Shown here piece after piece: positions 24,927-37,491 of a stretch of DNA of 64,000 nt (position 1 is the stretch's first letter; each line of letters starts with the position of its first letter). The notes below the pieces were generated by a model that saw only the letters and a list, made by a program, of their open reading frames with translations, made no database searches and had not been told where the DNA came from. The DNA lies in assembly GCA_030295235.1 (NCBI GenBank), contig AP026142.1:186001-250000 (forward strand). The letters are read 5' to 3'. Made by a program: the position numbers and the translations under genes. The DNA comes from Fistulifera solaris (lineage: Eukaryota).

Positions 24927-25305
24927 TCTTAAAATCCACAGGTGCCGGAGCCGTCTATGGATTGGGCTTGACAAAATTAACTTGGTGCAAACGGATTGCT
25001 GCAAACGGATTGCTTGTTAAAATTATAAGCTAGTAAATGAAGTTATCCTTTTGATATCAATCTTGTTGTTGTCTTCATTGTTCTCATTTTTGATTCATGT
25101 AGAATATGCAGAAGCTGCTGGCATTGTTCTTTGTCAGTAATAGTTAGGTTCTTTCGGCAGCTGTTAGTTCTTTGAATAAGGAGGGTTCGAGTTTTGGTAG
25201 ATTGCTGTTCGCTTCTCGTTTTCATTATCATGTAATGTGTAGTTCCACTTGTCATTCCGTTTATTGTAGTCACGTGCGGGACTGTACGGGACTGGTTATT
25301 CAACA
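24927..25305 (-). repeat. 5' LTR of element 2
   Basis: Direct repeat of 17498..17876; followed on the minus strand by the PBS candidate at 24913-24926 and the gag ATG at 24834. Confidence 0.92.
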
Positions 25306-26189
25306 CGAGCGAGATAAAAAGGACCGAGTCCCGTATCAATCGTGACACGATGGTAAAAACTACATACTGTACTCGTAGAAAGATAGTCTAACTGAAATAT
25401 GTAGAAGCAGCGCGTGCCCAACCTTCAAAAAATCTCTGAATCAAAAATTGTATACCAGTTCGACAATTTTCGTCACCGTCGTAGAATTTGTATGACATTG
25501 CAACGTAACGCTGATTTGAAAATGTACCAGCGTTTCTGCGTGAAAAACCCGGAAGTAAAAGGCAGAAAAACCTCAAAAACAGATTTAAAAACAAAACATA
25601 CCATTGTATTCAGTGTTTTCTAATACATCTGACTGATAAATTTGATCTTTTGTTTATTCATTATTTTGGTCAAAAACTGATGATTTAAATTATTTTCCAA
25701 AGGGTTAAGGATATGCTGTAGTAGTATTTGTACGCGAGAAAATTTGTCTGGGTTCAGACAATTTTTTTCATGTCCTAGCTTACGTAAAGCTACAGAAAAT
25801 TGTCTGAACCCAGACAATTTTTGAAAAGGTTGAGATATGCGTGCCGATCTAGTTCCCAGAGTTAAAGTTTGAATACGAAGTAATAATGAAGAATGTGCTC
25901 GCTGAAGGGAGTATAAGCATCAAGCAACAATGGGCTGAATTGGGTCTGTCAGTCAGTTGCTTGTGATCAGAGTAACCTTACGGCATCTTGGTCGGATAAA
26001 TAGGCAAACAATAAACGATTAGCAAGACGCATCTTGGTCGGATAAATAGGCAAGCAATAAAAGATATTCAAGAAGAATTTCTATATGAAACGAAGTAAGT
26101 AAATGGTCAAACGCATCCATGCTAATTTATTCCAGAATCTTTTTGGGCTCGGAAGGCCTTCCGGGAATTCGTCAACAAAGATTTCATGG

Positions 26190-28446
26190 CTATCCAATGA
26201 ACATACAAAAAGTGTGATTACTTTCCTGCTGCTCTACCTCATCCTTGCTTTCGTCGTCGTCGTCGTCGTCAATCTTCAGGAATCCGTCACTCTTTCCTAG
26301 GCCTTCATTGAGTATGCGGCTTTGCTTTCGGCAGAAATGTTTCAGTTTGGTTTTGCTATCCAAAACGATCTCATGTTCTTTCCATGTCTCACGGTGCCTA
26401 TGAAACCAGATACGAACGCAACAGAAATAAAGCTCAATGCACAACGTGTTAAAAAAAGCAGATGCACCCGAGTAGCAGACAAAATGTTTACTATTCCACT
26501 CACCAGATTACGACGCAATATTTTGTGTGTCCGTGTTTATCAACAACTACATCGTACTCCGGTACTGTCACGTCAACCCATTCGCGAGGAATATTGTTTG
26601 CAAATTGCCGAACCTGCTCTTGGAACCACCCAAATGATGGACCATCATCTGTATTCATAGGGACCAGCAAACTGACGCTAAATGCTGCTTGATAACAAGT
26701 CTTGTTTCTTTCAACTGTCGAATAGATTTCAAAGCCACGAGGCTTATTTATCCATAAGCCGCTCAAAATGTTGACAAGATCCACAGAGAACAAATAAATC
26801 TTCTCAACACGCCATCTGTGTTCCCTTTTGTAAAGGATCTGAGAGAGTGACTGGTCTGTAATGGGTTTATTTCCAGCCAATCGCCGATTTCATAAGAGAA
26901 CCCCCTTTTGTTACCATGGCCAAAGGCAGCGACGACAGCCACACCAACGAAAAAGAGGCTGAGAAAGGTAGGAACAACGCCAAGTAAGATGAAAATCAAG
27001 GGGGCGACGATAGCCACACAGATAATGTTCATCATCTGCTCGAAAGCGTGATCATTTCGAGATGCGCTAATAGTCGCAGATTGAAGCAATTGATATTCTT
27101 CGTACACTCTCTTGATAAGCCAAACGAATATCTCCTTAGATATTCTCCCATTGCGGGAAGGGCGAAACGTTTTGATGAGCTCTGTTGCTTTATAGCTGTT
27201 TTTGGGATTTCTCTCATCAATACCAGCAAACTCAACAACCTCACAAAAATCGAGCTCGGTACTCTTTGTTGCTTCTCCCTGCAAAGTAAGCAAGTCCTTA
27301 TATATGTCTTCGGCTGATTTCAATGCAATTTCTTTTCGCATAAGTTCCAGAGCCGTTCGAAGAAGCCAAAAACCATGCAATGAGATCGTTAGATCATCTC
27401 GCAAACGAAAGCGAGCTGAATCTTTCTCTTCCTTTTCAAGCCACGCTCTACATGCGTTTTTGAAATTTTCGGTGAATAGCTCTTCTTTTCTAACGGCTCC
27501 GTTGACCTCGGCTAACTCGAGAATGAACAACATGTTCTGCATCACCCGAACGACGTTCTTTGCATCAAACTTGTAAGCCTTTGTCTCTCTCGACAAAAAG
27601 ATAAGCATATGCTTTACGGCAACAGCAACCATTATGAGCAGAGCAATAATAAACTCTCCGTCACGCACGGCATCTGGGGGAACATGGCTTGAAGGACAAG
27701 AATCACTGAAACGTAAGCTATCTTGAAAGTACAACCAGCGTCGAGAGAAGTGACGAGTTAAAACCCCGTCAATTATATCAACAAAGATTGAGAATAACAA
27801 AAATCAACGGCCAGCCCTTTGCATCAACAAATAGAGGCCTACCCGTAAGATGTTTAAGCGGTGAAAAGATGTGCAAGGGTGCACGGGACTCCATGTAATC
27901 ACGAAGAGCATTTTGATGTGCCAACAGAGTCATCGTCATGGTGATGCCCACGATGGCCATAGCCGCGTATAAATCAACCAAAAGAAAAGAACGAAATCCG
28001 CTATACTTCTAGCGGACGACTGTTCTCTGTCACCAAAGGTATCATCTGGAATGGTGAATTGTATCACAAAGTAGATCGTATTACAAGCCACTGCAAATCC
28101 CCCCAAATAATGGGACGACTGATGCAAGCTGTTTCAAAGCGGTTTGTGCCGAGCGCGCAAGGGTTCGTAGCGATTTTACCAAAGTGAAAGCTTGTTCAGG
28201 GTGTGCGCTCGAAGATTCATCAAGAACGGAAGACTCTTGTTCACGCTTCGCGAGTTTACTGTTCCATTCGAATATGCATTCAGCAAACAGCTGCTCAATA
28301 TGGTGTGGATCAAAATGGTAGCCGCGCGGCCTTGCGGGAGAACTAGGGTAATGTTCTTTTCAATTGCTCGCGGCGCGGAAATTTGTGAATTGTTATTTTT
28401 CGAGTGAAATGCAGGTTGATGTATATCGATGGAATTTGTGCTCCAT
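26190..28446 (-). CDS. divergent multi-TM MscS-like channel (frameshifts in consensus); intron 26398-26503
   Basis: LIKTFRPSRNGRISKEIF..VYEEYQLL..AFEQMMNII, YEIGDWLEI, WRVEKIYLFS, and spliced IW/HRETW. Confidence 0.75.
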
Positions 28447-28623
28447 GTTGTATTCCTCCACGGTGAGGTGCACCGCGTTTAAAGGAATGGAGATTGCGAG
28501 TCTTGCATAAATTTCACACCACATGATAAATAACCGATTTCGGTGCGGCTTAAGTCGCAAGACACGACGCGTCAAGTCTTTTCCTTGTTCGGCTACTCGT
28601 GAACGGAGGAGTCTAATAAAAAC

Positions 28624-29060
28624 TCAAATCCTACCGTCAAGCGCGACCAAGGCAAAATAAAGGCAGAATGCTGCCACCGATCCCATGTGCAAATACGAGA
28701 AGAGCGACACCACGAGTTTGCAATGATCTTGTATCGCAAATACCGTCGACACGAGCATTCTATCGTTGACTGTCAACTCGATAGCAATACTGTTGGGAAT
28801 CCCTGATCGCTCGCGATGATCTTTTGGAGCCCCCATTGCAATCAAAAATTCCCGAAATCGAGCTACTGGTGTGAAATTCATGTAGTCGTCGTTCGCTTCG
28901 TTATTGAACAAACAACTGACCTAATTCATTCAAGTCGATGACTCTGTCGGGTGAGTTTCAAAGCGCAGTGTCTGCCTTTTCCTGCTACCTGCGCTGAGAG
29001 AGACAATAGTCGACATGCGTTACGCGTTGTTGATTGCTATGTGCGAGAGACTGCGAAACG
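28624..29060 (-). pseudogene. 5' fragment paralogous to the start of the 15607..17335 MscS-like pseudogene
   Basis: Shared nucleotide blocks with 17080-17430 (tagctcgatt, gagttgaca, atttgcac.tgggatcg, gttgattg). Confidence 0.55.
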
Positions 29061-29804
29061 TTGTAATAGTTTATTGCTTTGAGAGGAGCAATAATGTAAA
29101 AGCAAAAATATTTTGTTGCAAATAGGCGACGAAATGCGGCGCGTTATTCAACGCATTTACCACGATGGGGTCCGAGCCCTGTCTCATCCATGACACGACG
29201 AAAAATCTGCGTACATTCGAAAAGAAAAGTAGAAATAACGAAACGCTAACGAAACGGGAAGCTCCGCGTTACGATAAAAGTGTGTCCTTTTAATCCCCGC
29301 AGTGTTTTAGTTCGAACAAAGACAAAGAATTCTTTACAAATGGTATTCATGATGATGACATCTTCGCACCAGTTTTCTCGATAGAGATATTTTGTACTTT
29401 ATCCAAATGATTCGATAGTTATAGCCAAATTTTTTCGGACAAATTTTCTTTCTTCTCATTTCACCGCACTCGTCATCATGCTCCTGCACCGAGTATGACG
29501 TACTGACATCATTCCTCTTGTTGTTGACTTATTCTTCTTCGGCTCATTCATCGTTGTCTCTAACTGCAACGAAGACACGATCCGTATACCTTAGCAAGGC
29601 CTCTAGGCTCCAGTTTTTCTATTTGCTCTCTAGGCATAGTAAGGACAATTTTCGATTTGCAAGAGCGCAAACAACAACAAAGTCTAACGGGGACTGCGAG
29701 TGAGGGTGACTCTAGTTTATCCAGCAATAACTTGCGTGTATCTTCGCTTTCATGCGTCAAAGGCACATACACCACGATTGTAGTTATCCGTACGCACGGA
29801 TACT

Positions 29805-30562
29805 TTACTCCGACTCGGGAAACAGGTCAACCAATTCAGCAAAACCCGGCGGCAAAATGAGGTCGGCTCCGTTTTGTTGCATCGTTTGACTCAGAATGGC
29901 TTCCGTGTGTGGTTTACCCAACGCCGCTTCGGCGGCCGCGGCTTCCGGTGTCGTGACGCCGACACCACTGCACCCCGCCGCTACCGCCGCCGTAATGTCA
30001 TCGGGGGTATCGCCCACGAGAACGACCGACCGCGACGGTTCGACACCGAGCAACGCGCAAACGCGCAATACCGGCGTCGGATCCGGTTTGCTGGGTCCAT
30101 CTTCCATACAGTACGTGGCCGCAATCAATGTGTCGAGTCCATGTTCGTGGAGAAATTTCATACAATCCGAACGGGGCCGTCCCGTGACAATGCCGATGCC
30201 CGGTTTCGATCGTTTGTGCAATTCGAGAAGAGTCTCTTTTGTGGAATCAGTGTTTCCAGCGTACACAATCCCGGTGTATCCCCGTGTCCTTGATAGTATT
30301 GTTCAAACGTTTCCGTCACTTGTTCGAGCGTAATCTCTTCTTTGTTGGGTAGAGCACTGTATTCTTGAATGAGTCGATGCGACAGTTGCCAATCATCGTT
30401 GGCGTTGCCGCGTCGTTTCATTTCCGTGACAATTTCGTCATTGACAGCCGTCGCACCGTACGTGTGACACGTCTTGACAATGGCGGCCCGGTACGATTGG
30501 GAAACTTCCGCGAGGACGCCGTCCATGTCGAGTAAGAGTGTTGTGTATTTCTGAGACGACAT
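29805..30562 (-). CDS. HAD-superfamily IA hydrolase (TIGR01548-like)
   Basis: LLDMDGVLAEVSQSYRAAI, IVTGRP, SKPDP and VGDTPDD; one indel near 30240. Confidence 0.88.
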
Positions 30563-31111
30563 TGTGTGGTGATGTTGATTGTTGTTGTTGTTGTTTTTAT
30601 TGGCTGTCGAACAGTCGCAGAGACTCGACACGAAAAGGAAAAGAAGGAAATACAGAGGAAGAGAAATAATAATAGTTGTTGATTGGAAAGCCATGAAAAA
30701 TTCTTTCACCGCATTTCAACTAAATGAAGCCGATCTCGGCGTCTGCGGCCGTCGATCATCGCGTCGAAAGAAAGAAAAACAAAAAACTCGTGCCAACGAG
30801 GCGTTGTGACGCATGACGTTTTCAGTCTAAGAAAATGCTGTCGTACCGCACTCTTTATTCCGCGTGGAAGTACACTTTTGTATGAAGTAGATTATGTACG
30901 ACACTAGTCTGTCATCGTCCGATAAAGGCGATGCGAAGCACGCAAACATCCATCAAAACACGACAACATCAACATAAGACTTCAACATCCGCCTCCTTTT
31001 CATTCTCGAGCAAAAGCAACCTTTGCCAAGACCCTTGCTTCCTTTTCCTTTTCGATCGCCTATAATCCTATTAACTCTTTCTCTCATTGACTTAACAATA
31101 CTCTCGTCAGA

Positions 31112-31609
31112 ATGATGTCAAATACGCGCTTCGTTCTTTTCCTGATGATGGCTTCAGTATGGCATTTGGGAAACGCCTTTCTTCTTGTCGCTCCTCCTTC
31201 ATTGTCACCAACTTCGACGACACGACTCTTCGGAATGGCGCAACCGGAAACACAAATTAAGACCAAAACAACGGTCAAAACGGCGAGCAAACAAAAGGTC
31301 GAAATTAAAAAGAAATTCAAGACGGACGATCCTGTCCAAAATCGCGACGATGACTTTCAAGATGCGCCCATGTACAAGGTTATGTTGTTGCGTGATGAAG
31401 ATTACGATCAAGAACATGTTGTGACGCGATTGTGTGCTATTTTGGATGATATGGATGAAGATCAAGCCGCGACAGTATGGAAACAGGCCATGGCGGCCGG
31501 ACAAGCCATGTGTGGCAAGTATCCGTTTGAGCGGGCGGAATTGTTTAAGGAACAGTTGTTGCGATCGGATCCGATGATTTTTTGTGATCTGGTAGAAGAG
31601 AATGCCTAA
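31112..31609 (+). CDS. clpS: plastid-targeted Clp protease adaptor ClpS
   Basis: Signal peptide ending GNA-F; PMYKVMLLRDEDY..VV..L and GQAMCGKYPFERAELFKEQL. Confidence 0.88.
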   Translation: MMSNTRFVLFLMMASVWHLGNAFLLVAPPSLSPTSTTRLFGMAQPETQIKTKTTVKTASKQKVEIKKKFKTDDPVQNRDDDFQDAPMYKVMLLRDEDYDQEHVVTRLCAILDDMDEDQAATVWKQAMAAGQAMCGKYPFERAELFKEQLLRSDPMIFCDLVEENA

Positions 31610-31746
31610 AGGAGGAGGTGACGAGTACTCTATAGTGTCTAGTGTTACCACAACCGCGCCGCAATCTACATTATCAGCTTGTGTTAGTGTATCCAATAAA
31701 GAAGAAACAATTACAAAGACTTAACAAACAGTACAGGGAATGAACA

Positions 31747-33290
31747 TTAGTCTGTGCTTTTCGTCGACGAGACATCCAAGGTCAGCAAATCGTTGCTAAA
31801 CACATCACCGGGAAGGCGCCCTCCAAATACTAGCAGACGCGAACCATCCAACACGGCCCGGTGTCCAACGCGCGCCCCGCTGTCGTCACTTCCTATCTTT
31901 GGTCCTTTCGTCCATTCCCATGTTTCCGTATTCAACAAGAACGAATCAGCAAACACCACATCGTTCTCGTCGTTGGGATCCCATCCACCGTAGATACAGA
32001 TCGTGTCATCGTGCCACACGAATGCAACATGGCCCGTACGAGGACACGGCGGCGTCCCCTTGGTTTGTACATTGCTCCATTCCCACGTCGATACTGTGCG
32101 TTCCAAGACGTGCACACTGTTGAAACACTGTTCGGCATCGTTGCCGCCAAATACTACCATTTTGGTTCCACACGCCGTGGCTGTGTGGTACGACCGTGGG
32201 CGGGGGCCGTTCCTTGGATCGTCGGCGTATGCCAGACCCAACGGAGGGTATCCAAGACGACTATTTTTTGTAAAAACTTGTTTCCGGAAACACCGCCCCA
32301 CACGACGAGTTCGTGGCCCAGCATTGTGGCCGTGTGGCCACTTCGACCTTTGGGAATGTCGCCCGACACCGATGGCGGATACCACACCATGATTTCGGTG
32401 TCCAAGACCATGACGGGATGAACGATGTGTGATTTGCCAGTCGTTTTGTTGGTGCATTCACCGCCAAAGGCAATCAACAACTGACGTTCCGGTAAATACG
32501 TGGCGGTGTGCCACTGTCGCTTCAAGCCATCGCCATTGTTGAGTGGTTGAATCCAGCGGGTGCCATTGAAGAGATGCAAATCATCCAATGTCAAAGCTAT
32601 TGACGTCTCGGAGGCAAGTGTTTGTCCTCCGTACACGAGAATGCGATTCGGGCCCAAACAAGTCATCGTATGTCCCCATCGTGGACACGGTTGCTGACAA
32701 GAAGGTGGTAACAACACGTCGCCAAGTGACACGCGCGTCGGAATGGGAGGTTGTGGTGAATGGTCCGATTGCATCGATGTGTCGGGACTGGGTTGCTGTT
32801 GCAAAAGCTCGTGGACAGGTTGTTTCGGGTGTGACGGTGTGGATACAAAAGTCTGTGAAGGTGGCTCTTCCTCATCGCCCGTCAGTGTCGCCTGAGTTTG
32901 CGAAAGATCCGGTTGTCCCAGCAGAGTGTTATTCGGATGAGTCGTTGTATTCGAGAAACGGTGATTCGAGACTTCTTCGATGCTATTGTTGGAGGAAGAA
33001 GACGAGTCTTCGAGGCGCACACGCTTGTTACAACTGTCAATGTCATCCTGCAGCGGACGTTGTTTCGGAGTAATCTGGTTGATTTTCGTCGCAGTCTCCG
33101 CCGTCTGGTCGGAAGCGACAGCAGAAGTCGAGTCGCTGGTATGCACACGCAGAGTACCCGAAAAGTTGGTTAATTGCAATAGAACGGTTTCCTTGCTTTT
33201 TTGCGAGAAAGAAACGGCTCCGGTCGGATCGTTCGGAACCAGCGTGAAGGCCACTCCGCCTATGGAAAGCTGCAGTGTCGGGGAACTCAT
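31747..33290 (-). CDS. Kelch-repeat protein with low-complexity N-terminal region
   Basis: Repeats PRWGHTM..VYGG, RQWHTA..FGG, GRSGHTA..WGG, RSYHTA..FGG, PRTGH..YGG and RVGH..FGG; one indel near 32200. Confidence 0.9.
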
Positions 33291-33868
33291 GTCGTTCTCG
33301 GTTGATGCTTGTCTTTCGATGAAGCAATGACTCGATCAGCAATGAGCGGAATGACAAAGAAAATGGGTGACAATTGTTCGGCCATGATGCGGTTTGGATG
33401 GAATGAATTTGGGTGCGCGCACGCCTCGCTTCCTGTACTTAGGGAAGTTCAAAAATAGTAGCGCGCCGGACTGGCTGCGATGGTTTCGCGCCTTTTGTGA
33501 CGCGAATGTCCGCTGCAGCTTTGCGAACCCGCGAATGAATGAATCATTGCCACATTGAGTTCCTCCTATGCATAGGTAGTTAGTAGTTAGTAGTTAGTCA
33601 CTCTTTTTGCTTTTTCTGCCCTTCCACTTCCACGGGGAACGCGAGCCCCCCTGAAGTAGATGATGTCGGTTTTAACACACATACACACACGATGCGGAAT
33701 GAAAAAAGCTCCCCGCAACCATTGCCCGCAACTGCAACTGCCGCAGGCGGATACTGATAGCGAAGCGGATAATTGCATCACCATCCTTTTCAGCAAAGCG
33801 ACAGCACCTGCCTGGTACTGTACCTGGTACGTATAAGATTGCATTTCATAATTTATGGGCCGGTCAGC

Positions 33869-34470
33869 GCAGCACACCGACTGCCGGACAACTCATTGAG
33901 CTACTGTATCAGCACGGCGCCAATCTACACGAACTTGACTTCTAGGCAGCAACTTTGTTGCATTGGGCGATTGGGAGGGGGTGTTTCGAAGGCATGGAGA
34001 CATTTATACGGTTGATATTGTCGGTGCAGGATACGGCATGGGGCTACGCCTTTGCATTGGGCTGCAACAGGAACGACCGCTCGGAAAATTGAGACCGGTG
34101 GTCATGCTGAAGGGTATGTCAGCAAATCCTCGAACAGCAATAATTGGCGTACGTTGGTCAATGCACGAAAGATGGCAATTCACTGCTCGTGAGGGCGAGT
34201 TGGTCGGGGTATTGAAGACTGTGGAAATGGTTGTACGGTCTCAAATTGGTCGACGTCCGGATGTCGCTATTCACACGAGGTCTTGTAAGTTTCCCTTTCC
34301 ATTTCCAACCACGGTGGGTACACGTCGCTGACACTGCGGTAGCCTTTGGACGATCCGAAGAAAGTTGTGGAATGGTTGAGAAACATATGAGTTACGGATG
34401 GTGGCGAAGATGGTGCAGCCGCACTAGAATTGGCAAAATTGATGCAACTGCTATGGGGGCAGGTCCATGA
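33869..34470 (+). pseudogene. inverted degenerate copy of the ankyrin half of the 37492..38967 gene
   Basis: Matches the reverse complement of ~37550-38235 (tactgtatcagca.ggcgccaat, tgcacgaaagatggcaattcac, ttccaaccacggtggg). Confidence 0.88.
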
Positions 34471-34680
34471 TGCTGTTGTCATGGATGAAATGCAAAAGTT
34501 CTACTCCTTAGTCTAATTCTTAAATATTTTGAGCTAGTATAAATAGTTTATACAACATCAGCACAGTGCAACGTAGGCTCACACCTCACACAACTTTACG
34601 CTTTTTCGCAGAACCATTATAGGCTCAGCGGAAACTAGAGCTCCTGAAGCACCACCACTCTGTCGACATTGCCATAAATT

Positions 34681-35356
34681 CTAGGGGAACACAGTGATTG
34701 CAAAGTCGTCAGATGCATCTGCCGGGCGAAGCTCTTCCGTAAGCTCCTTGCAGTAAGCAATCAACTTTTCTCTGCTCTTCAAGACGAGATCCAGCTGTCC
34801 CCACTTTTCGCGGTGTCTATAGCAAAGGAAGAAACGAAAGGAGTCAGGGAAGCATGAACACCATCGCAGATCATCATCTCTCGACTTACTGAATCATAAC
34901 ACGATACCCATCCGGCGTTGGATCACAATAAGACGTGTCCGCCACAAACCATTCGCCAGGATTGTCGTTTGCAAATTGCTGGATCTTGCTCTCCAGCAAA
35001 TCATCCCAGAAAATACCGCCGGTAGTATTCACCGGTACAGGAAGCATGATTTGAAACCTGACTGGGCAATAACTCCAGCAAACCATCGATGTGTAGCGGC
35101 AAAGTTTGGTATTGTGCCAACGAACCCGCTCACCGCTGGCCAAGCACGTGAGGTCCGTGTACATCCAGTTGATCTTGTCGACGCGGTACACGTTTTGCGT
35201 GTGGAGAAACACGCTACGTTTCGTCCGATTGATCTCAATGAATTCTCCAACCTCACAATGAGGTCTTTTATAAAAGTAAAAGGCGTCGTGAGTATCCCGG
35301 AGAAACGAAAGGACGGTGCCTTGCTTGGTGGCGGCGGAAGACGACTCGGCGGTCAT
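34681..35356 (-). CDS. miniature MscS-like protein comprising only the cytoplasmic domains; intron 34817-34889
   Basis: Uninterrupted reading frame: RPHCEVGEFIEI, YRVDKINWMYT, WHNTKL..MVCWS, and spliced IQ/HREKW; no long hydrophobic segment after the first ATG. Confidence 0.7.
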
Positions 35357-35736
35357 CGTTCCTTCGATTTGTTCTGAGAAATAAACTTGCGTTCGCGGTG
35401 ATGATCGTTGCTGGCGTAAATTTGTGAGACATCTTGAAAGGAAACCGTAAGTTCCAATTTCATTCCGTGATACGTTATTCCGTTTCAAAAGCAAAAGAGA
35501 TGAAAAAAAATGAAAGAAACCTTCGAGTCCCGTGAAATAGACGCACGACTCGAAAAAAAACTGCACCGCGCGCACAATAAAACGCAATGAAATCGCAATC
35601 CATTCATGTCGTTTTCAATTTGCAAACCGCACTCTTGCTTCCAATCATCGCCTTTCAAAATGTCTTATAATCTTTCGCAAGCGATAATTCACATCGGAAG
35701 CGCTAGCTCGTTTTTTCAGCGCCAACGAAAGCGACA

Positions 35737-36982
35737 ATGATGACCGACACTTTGCCCGACGCAAACTCTACGAGCCGTCCAGAAGTTCCCTTCGGACGAA
35801 AGCTTGCTATTTTCTTCTTTCAGCTGATCTATTTGGACTACGTCTTTCTCATCACATGGATCTTTGTCTATTACGCCTTCGGCATTATTCCCCGTCTGCC
35901 GTGTTTTGGACCATTGTCGTCATCTTGGCGATTCTCCTCCTCTATGCATTGCTGATTGGTGTAGACTACGCCAACCATTAAGAACGCAATCTATTCTACT
36001 ACAAGCTGCGTCCTTACGAGGTTGGGGACTTGGTGGAAATAGACCCGACCGAAGAAAGTGTCTATCTCAAGACGGAGAACGTTTACCGTGTCAAATATAT
36101 CTATTTGGTGTGCACTCATTTTGAATTCTTGAATCGCACGGGGGTGATGAATTGGCCCAATCAAGCTCATCTGAACAGTCGCTTTATTATCTGGAGTGAG
36201 CGGGCGGCGATATTTCACATCGTTCTACGAGTCCCTGTGGAAGCAGGTGATGTCTCCGTGTTGCTGGCTCGTTTTTATGAGGAAGTCGAGCAGTACGCAA
36301 ATGGCAATTCTTGCGAATGGCTTGCCGTGAACATGCCCATTGTCGATGCAATTACGGAGGACTGCAAATACGCGGACTGCTGCATTGAGATTCAGTAAGT
36401 CGAGTAAAAATATCGAATCTGTTGCATTTGCCCTCTTGCTTCTCTGACGCGTGATATTTCGCTTCGGTATTTCACAGACATCGCGAGTTGTGGCGACAAT
36501 ATGACTGCGTTGTGAGAAGCAAAGATAAGCTGAGCAAGTATTTGGAAATTTTGGAGCAAGAAGGATTTTTCAAGGTTGGAAGCACTATCGAAAACGAGAG
36601 AGAAGGTATCGACGGCAATGAGGAAAGTAGTGACAACGAAGGCCGAAACAGCGTCAATAAGTACAAACACGATGCCTACAAAGTTCATGAGGACAAAATC
36701 GAAAAGATAGCCGATGAAGAAGCAGATGTAGAAAACCAAATCGGTGGAACAGCGCTCGAAAACATTGCTCAAGCTGAAAGTGTTGATGACGAAGGACAGT
36801 ATGATGGCAAGAGCCACTGCAATGGCGTTAGCTGCAACGACGATTACAACATTGACTACACCGAGCACAATGCACTAAAGAAGCAGGCGGACAAGCATCG
36901 TGAAGGTGATGACAAAGCAGATCTTGAGAACCAGATTGGTGATGAACGTAGCATCAACTATCAAATTTTCATTCGATCTTAG
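35737..36982 (+). CDS. short MscS-like protein (2-3 TM, cytoplasmic domain, acidic tail); intron 36395-36477
   Basis: RPYEVGDLVEI, YRVKYIYLVCT, WPNQAHL..IIWS, and spliced IQ/HRELW; one indel near 35890. Confidence 0.7.
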
Positions 36983-37491
36983 ACAAGAAGGCGTTTTCGT
37001 GCGGTTACAGTTGGTCGACCTAGCCATCTAATCGAAGAATTTTTCAGTTGGATCGACTTTATTCGTTGAAGTAGTAATTATTATGTGTTCTTTCGTATTG
37101 TTACGTCTTTTTAGGTTAACAACTAGTAGCTGAGAGTCCGAACAGACATCGCGAGACATGGAATTGGAATGAGTATAAAATCGTTTTGAGTAGCAAAAAA
37201 ACCAGCTAATTCTAGAATACATGGATCTGAATGATAATCACCGCATAAGACTTGCAAAGCGGTATGTAACGACCGCAGCTGATGCGGACATTAGCAGGGA
37301 CCGTGATGATGGCGATTTCCACAACGTGGAGGGTGCCAAAAACAGGGAGGAAAGCATCACAGTTGTTATATCTATGTTGGATAATGTCGGTGAAAATTAA
37401 AAGAAATGGGCAACCGTGTTCCCTTCTGTTGTCGCAATTTGAAATTTGTAATGGCCATGAAACGCAAAGTGCAATTTTCCATAGCAAAATA

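Larger units (their letters stand above)
17498..25305 (-). mobile_element. Ty1/copia LTR retrotransposon (CoDi-II-like), element 2, with rearranged 3' LTR
   Basis: 379-bp LTRs at 17498-17876 and 24927-25305; CGAGCG TSD (17492-17497 and 25306-25311); PPT at 19451-19462; gag-pol on the minus strand. Confidence 0.93.

Noticed and set aside
24913..24927. tRNA gene
   Set aside because: Only a 14-15 nt tRNAi-like stretch with no cloverleaf; interpreted as a PBS.
29560..29775. Additional MscS-like remnants here and at 11111-11308 and 37028-37400
   Set aside because: Only faint resemblance to the C-terminal segment; diagnostic motifs are absent.
31205..33330. Long antisense ORFs over ClpS and the Kelch gene (similar ones at 722-1204 and 62356-63096)
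   Set aside because: Shadows of real genes on the opposite strand, with no motifs of their own.
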